In this document: positions 57,825 through 64,000 of the stretch, piece after piece
Position numbering within the stretch: position 1 is the stretch's first letter
How the letters are laid out: each line of letters opens with the position of its first letter
DNA from: Amphiscolops sp. MND2022
Taxonomy: Eukaryota
Length of the DNA: 64,000 bases
Assembly (NCBI GenBank): GCA_964187785.1
Contig: OZ076420.1
Location: forward strand, 2,728,001 to 2,792,000
Direction: 5' to 3'
Notes under the pieces: generated by a model
Seen by the model: only the letters and a program-made list of their open reading frames with translations
Told to the model about the DNA's origin: nothing
The model's database searches: none
Translations under genes and position numbers: made by a program

Positions 57825-60359
57825 CTGGAATTAAGACGACGTTTCAGTTCAATAATGTTGCAATTAAGATTAGATGGGCAATAGGGAGCTGACATGACGA
57901 ACTGAACTAAAAGCACGAAGATTTGCTTGGCCACATTGGTCCTTGAAAAATTGCGATAAATTGATGACATTGACAACTTCCGAAGCAGACCTTATTGGGC
58001 CCAACAAATTAAAATAGGACACAAGCAATCGAAAGCTAGAAAGTGTTAACATTTCTTTGGGTCCTAAGCTACCCTAGGTTGAAAAAAAAATAAAAATCTT
58101 GAAAAAATCTCGCAAGATGTCTTGCAAGATCTGGCAAGTCAATGCATTATTCTTGCAAACTGTCTTGCAAGATTCTTGCACGCAATGGATTGCACTTGCA
58201 AGATTCTTACAAGACTGGCATCATCTTGCAAGAAACTTGCAAGAATAACATTTTTTGTAAGAAACATGCAAGATTTCAATTTTTCTCAGACTAGGGTAAA
58301 CATGCTTCAAGCTATATGGCTGCGCATCCTCGACAGTTTCATACAAGACTATTAAGATATCAAACAAATCGGGAACGGCCCAAGTCGGCGCCCCGCTTAA
58401 AGCTCAAACAGAGTAAAGTGTTACAACTATGCCAAAGGACATTATTGTGAAAATTTTTATAGTGCCAAAAATACCCGAATGGGTACCCACAAAACTCGAA
58501 AACCGCTTTCCTTACTTCGAAACATCCCACTTTCATTTCCTAAAATTTCTTTCTGCAAAAGTCTTATAGTGCCAAAAAACCTTAAGGGGCCCTCTATGCT
58601 CGCAAAACGCTTTGTCTGCTAAAATTCGAAGGGGGCTTCGGTAAACAAATCAGAAAAGGTTCGGAAAGTGCCGGAAAAAAGTCTTTCTTTTACCTTTGCC
58701 AGCATAAAAACTTGGATTTAGTGCGGGACTCGAACCCACGCACTCCTGCTTCTTAAGCCTCGTCACCAGACCTGAAAATAAGCGTCAACTGTTAGGTCGA
58801 AAGGCAGAGCCTCTTCCATATAAAATTTATGAACGTTTTGAAAGTGGGAGCTTCAGGAGACGCTTGCCACTGTGAGTCAGTAGTATTCGAAATCCCGTTC
58901 CTGATAAAAAAAAACCATTGAAAAAACCATTGAAAAGTTCACAAAAACCATTGAAATTAAGCACTTTTCCCAAAACAAATCATTAAAATTACTTGAGTCT
59001 TGCACTTTTTACTTCTCAATTTCAAAATTTTGTATTTTTTGTTGCAGAACTTTCAAACAAACATCTCTGTAAACTAGATAAAATTCTCAGATTAATAACT
59101 TCAGTACTTTGAAGTTTTGTAGTTGTGACAGTTTACGAGATATTTGGTTTTGAATTTGCCATTTTGGGCAACCGAAATGCGATAATTTAGAACGCTACTC
59201 ATATCGTAATTCAGTGCATTCTAAAAAATTGCAACCGGAGGTTTTTTGAGGAAAATGTCCGCCTCGTTAACAGAAACGATCATTAGGCAAACTTTCATTT
59301 TATATGCCATCTAAACATGTTATGTGGTCAGCAATTATACAAGGTCTAGCCAAATAGGCATTAGCTCGGGCCGCCAGTATGTGGAAAAGGTCCAAAACAA
59401 ATGGCTGAATGCAACTCGTCAAATAATAACAGATTACCGACCGGGGCTACCTAGTGCTAATTATGGATGAATTTTACTTCATTGATGCGTGAAATTTTCA
59501 GTTTCACGCATAACACAGAGGCGAAGCCGTGCTTCGCAAACACTTGCGAACTTTTGAAGAAAACCAAATAAGCAATATCATACGGAAAACCAAGGGTAAA
59601 AGGAGATTAAAATTTCATCAATTTTACAGCGCCAAAAAATACCCGAAGGGATACGCGTAAGCCTCGAAAACCATTCTTCCCCAACTGAAAACAGCAAAAA
59701 ACCCATTCTTTCTCAACGGAAAACCTTAAACAGAAAATAGAAGAAAAAAAATTTCAAAATTTTTCGAAAACATTTTTGATGAACTCCGGTAAGTCGCAAA
59801 GCCTTGAGGAGTCCTCTCGCAAAACTCTCTTGAAAAATTGAGTAGGGGCTTCGGTGAAAACAAATTTTAAAAAAGTGGCATAGAAAAAAGATCGGTCTTT
59901 AAAAAAACGGTCTTTTAAAACTAAAAATTGAGAAAAAATTTTCCGAATTTTTTTGAAGTTTCCGCTAAGTCGCATACGGCCGAAAAATGTGAAAAAGGGA
60001 TCCTTTAGGATTTTATAACATTCGTTCTGTTGCAAGATATCAAAAAATTGAAAGGAGGACGCTTTGGGGACATTAAAAAATTTTTGAAAAAAAATAAGGG
60101 AGTCTAAAAATTTTTGAAAAAAAATTAGAATTTTGAAGTCTCATAGTGCCGAAAATTCTGAAAAAAGGGACCCTTTGGGATTTTTCAACATTCGTTCTCT
60201 TGCAAAATATCAAAAAATTGAAAGGGGGACTCTTTGGGGACATTTAAAAAATTTCGAAAAAAAGTCTCACAAAGCCGATAAAAAGTCTAACAAAGCCGAA
60301 AAGTCTCATAGTGCCGAAAAAAGTCAGAACCTTCAGCTTCGGAATACTTGTAAAAAAAA

Positions 60360-60430
60360 TTAGCGCATACCCACGGGTTCGAACACGAAACCTCTGGGTT
60401 GAAAAGCAAGCATCTTACCACTAGACCACG
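60360..60430 (-). repeat. tRNA-derived (Glu-like) SINE head or pseudo-tRNA
   Basis: A-box TGGTCTAGTGG and B-box GTTCGAACC; the anticodon stem does not pair. Confidence 0.6.
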
Positions 60431-61164
60431 AACGCGTGAAACGTGCGAGTTGCCGCGTGAAATCAGAGTTGTCGCGCGGAAAAAAAAAGCACCCGCACTT
60501 TCCCATAACACTTGCTTATCGCAAGTGTAACAAAGCGTTTCTATTGCTTGAAATGTTTCAATTTCATAGTTTCGAATGTAATACTTCATGATTGGGCACT
60601 TCTCAACACAGAACGATGACAAAGTTGGCACTATATTTGGTGGAGATGATTCTGTACTTGCGACGAGTTTTTCGCCGGAGAATTTTCGGTGAGTTTTCCT
60701 AGATTCCCTCGAGACTTCGACGAGTCTCTATAATTAAACTATCCATAAAATCTATCTCAAAATCATCTTATCGAAGAGCCTCGGCTATGTAGGGAAAGTG
60801 TTCAGACGCTTCAACAAATGCTTGAAAAAAATGATCTAAGTGGATCTGAAAAAAAGTATGGATATAATTGAATCATCAGGAATTTTTGAATTAAAGTACT
60901 TTCTGAAGGTTTAGTATAATTTCACCCTACATTCATTTCACCCCACATTGTAATTATACAGAAGCCTCTCGCCTTAGTTAACGACAAAACTTGATTGCCT
61001 ACTGTTTGATTTGAGTCAGCTTTAATTTCATTGCCAGGTTCCGGCCATACGTGAGTGATAAAACGATATGTCAATTTTTGATGAAGTTTCGCACCATGCA
61101 GAGTTGAAGATTCGATTACGCAACGAGAGCTCTTTTTGAACGACCCGGATCCAAATTCATGTCT

Positions 61165-61325
61165 TCCATGCATTTTCATGCGTGGAACCATATGGTTCGA
61201 TGCAGTTCCATGTATGGAATCATATGATTCCAAGCGTAGAACTGCATGGAAGGTCTGTAGGCCATGGTTCCATGCATGGAATCATACGGATCATGTGCTT
61301 CCATGCATGGAATTGCATGGAAGCC
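61165..61325. repeat. Degenerate minisatellite of ttccatgcatggaa palindromes
   Basis: Repeated ttccatg(c/t)atggaatc units. Confidence 0.7.
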
Positions 61326-61859
61326 TTGTGAATTTGGATCCGGGGATTGACAGAAAATGAAACTTTTCCGGCGCGTATTTTTAGCAGTATTACAATTCTG
61401 AGTGAAACTTTTGGGTTCCGTTTTCGTGGTCCACGTAGCAAGCATCATATTTTGATTATCCAATTGGTAATTATTACATTCGAGACGCATTTCTTTAGGC
61501 GCTAAGATTAAAATTGAGTGCGAGTTGTCATTAATTTGAGACGCATTTGATAATTTAAAAGAGGGTGAAATGAACGCACACCCTTTCTGAACAGCTATTT
61601 CAATACGTGATGAATAAATCTCAGAATATTTACATTCAGTGAGCAATGTATACCCAGAGAAAAACTCTTGGAACTCTTGTGAATCTTTGATATCTTTGGT
61701 ACGAATCTTGCCAAGAATTTGCAAGATCGTGCCAAGAAATTCAAGAAATCTTATCAAGAGTTTCGAGAAAAACCAAGAATAGGCAAGAAAATGCAAAGAC
61801 CTAAAGATTCCCGTTTAGAGCAGCCTGTCACCACCAATGTTATAATATTATGCAACGGT

Positions 61860-62715
61860 TCATTCGGTTTGAGAATTGGTACTTGATAGAACTGTATTGA
61901 ATACCAAAAGTGTCTGCTCGATATATTCGGCTACTTGGTGTGCGATGTCTAGAACACAATTGATACCGGGAGGAGTAACATTCGCCTGTTTTTGAGCAGT
62001 CAGAACGTTTTTCTCTAACTTTGCAAGATCCAGCTGACTTTCATGTTTGTCCTCGTTTATCGCATTCATCCACAGTACTTGCCAAGCTCCTTCTTGAGTT
62101 ATGATGTAATGTTCACGCTTGACCAAAAAATTGATGACATCACTCGATGAACTTATTCGGCATTCTTTCAAATCTTTTTTGATACGAGTCTCAACTTCTT
62201 CAACTTTGATCTCTAGAATTTCCTTTCATTTGATCTCCAGTTTCCAGAAAATCACATTTGACGACACGAGGATAGTAAAAAAGCTTTTTTGGGCCCAGGT
62301 TTTTAACACTTCTGTCGAGTTCTTTCCCAGATTCAGTGAGAACTCCCAGAATTTCACGTTTCGTTTCATGTTGCCCCACATTTTTGCCGCTTTTGTGTTG
62401 TTTTACAGCAGTCAATCTATGAAGACGCCATAAATCTTTGTCGTATGATAACTCCAAGAAACTCTCAACGCGAGCTTTCGCACTAGTCACAAAATCTTGG
62501 CCCGGTTTTCAACGATCAATACAAAAGGCTTGCTCGCTATCAAGCAAATTAGGCATTGATGAGCAGAGTTCATAGCAGCTAGTGCTAAAAAACATGTCAT
62601 TCTCCGCGAAAAAGTTTTCCTTTAAAAACGACTCGGGCCCACTGAGTTGAACGGATTTGGACGCCTCCAATTTGTCCAAAACTAAATTGGGCTCTTTTCT
62701 GTTTTCCCCCACCAC
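61860..62715 (-). pseudogene. Disrupted coding-like segment of unknown family
   Basis: ORFs 62509..62715 and 62200..62490 are in one frame across a single stop, with 61860..62171 following by frameshift. Confidence 0.3.
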
Positions 62716-62767
62716 TAGAATTTTTGAAAGAAAATTCTGTTTAAAAATTCTGACTAGCCTAAATAAT

Positions 62768-63668
62768 AAAATAGGCCCCTCCGGGGCTCAGTACTATTTC
62801 TGCTTTAATCTTTATTTTTTTTGAAACAAAAAATCATTAATAAAAGAATCATATCTGGAATACCAATACACTCCTGTTTAATCATTACTTAGAGCACAAT
62901 TAATCATTGTACAAGTTTACACCGCCTTTAATTCTTCTCGGACTAAAGAAAATATAACTACTAAGCGTAGACGAAGTTTGGCATTCGCATTTGAATGCAG
63001 GCGAAGGTCTCAACGAACGAATAATTAACACTCATTCGCTTCATCTCAATAACTCGGGGCAACGAAAGCACAATTACGAACATTCGCTCGCTTCATCTCA
63101 ATGACGTCAGCATACGAATGGATAATTACCACTCGCTCGTTCCATCGGACTAGAATTGAATTGTCTTCGGCAGCTCTCTCGCTTACACTCACTGCCGAAC
63201 AAAATATCTGAATTATTCAGATCGTCCGAAAAATTGTTCTGAAAAAAAAGTAGACGTTTCCAGATTTCAATAATATTCCTGCTAAAGCAGAAATATTAAA
63301 AATAGGCCCCTGCGGGGCAGAGTATATTTCGGCTTTTAGGCTTTTGTGCTCAATGATAGAAGCATAACTTATTCATTTAAATAGCGCACAATTAATCACT
63401 GCACCAGTTTACACCGCCTTTAATTCTTCTCGGACTAAAGCAAATATAACTACTAAGCGTAGACGAAGTTTCGCATTCGCATTTGAATGCAGGCGAAGCT
63501 CTCCGAGAACGAATAATTAACACTCATTCGCTTCATCTCAATGACGTCAGCGTACGAATGCATAATTACCACTCGCTCGTTCCATCGCACGAGAATTGAA
63601 TTGTTGTCGGCAGCTTGAGAAATTTTATTCTCACGCTTACGCTCACTGCCGAACAAAATATCTGAATT
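62768..63668. repeat. Family H copies 3 and 4 in tandem
   Basis: Two head-to-tail copies starting at 62768 and 63299. Confidence 0.85.
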
Positions 63669-64000
63669 ATTCAGTATCACAAGAATTGTACTGGAAAGTA
63701 CATCTTGAGATGTCAATAATATTCCTGCTATCGCAGAAAGTATAAAAAGTAAAACCTTCTTTCATAACAAGATGTTAACGTCTATTAGAATAGTTTTAAA
63801 ATTTTGATCGTATTCACGTTTTTTATTCCTTGTCTTCTGATATTTTCACTGATTGTCAAAAAAGTTATTCTTCTTTTTCCGCGTAACATACAATACCGGG
63901 AGAAACTAAAGAGTCCCCACTTTCAGTTTTTTTCGGAGACTTTTTTCAAAAACTTTTTTCTGCCAAAGGGTCCCCCCTTTCAGTTGTTCCAGCATTGTGA

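Noticed and set aside
60360-60430. Functional tRNA genes (also about 7550, 31835, 58725)
   Set aside because: A/B boxes are present but the acceptor and anticodon stems do not pair; treated as SINE heads or pseudo-tRNAs.

Overview
AT-rich, repeat-dense animal (invertebrate-type) genomic window with two multi-exon host genes, both on the minus strand. IVD (isovaleryl-CoA dehydrogenase) has 6 exons, 57824->27783, about 436 aa. SPG11 (spatacsin) has 13 modelled exons, 24744->1815, about 2064 aa. The most unusual signal is in the 17 introns. Up to six need or prefer a non-GT donor (GA, GG, GC, always after an exonic AG); three of these are strongly supported by protein homology. About 11 of 17 introns carry an intron-specific 8-14 bp inverted repeat that would pair the donor region with the 3' end of the same intron, while introns with strong GTGAGT/GTAAAT donors lack it. 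This suggests a structure-assisted ('clasp') splice-site definition system. IVD intron 3 (18.8 kb) holds a full-length, intact 4.2 kb CR1/L2-type LINE whose ORF1 and ORF2 are in one frame, separated only by UGA-CUAG, a known readthrough context. The same intron holds an 11.9 kb degraded Polinton/Maverick endogenous virus (AGTAGT..ACTACT ends, 109-bp TIRs, 6-bp TSD; pPolB, ATPase, major and minor capsid, adenain protease, PLA2-like ORF; no integrase visible). A near-identical 5'-truncated LINE copy, hAT MITEs, Helitron/Helentron-like repeats, tRNA-derived heads and TE relics fill the rest. All exon and splice models were made by eye and need RNA evidence.
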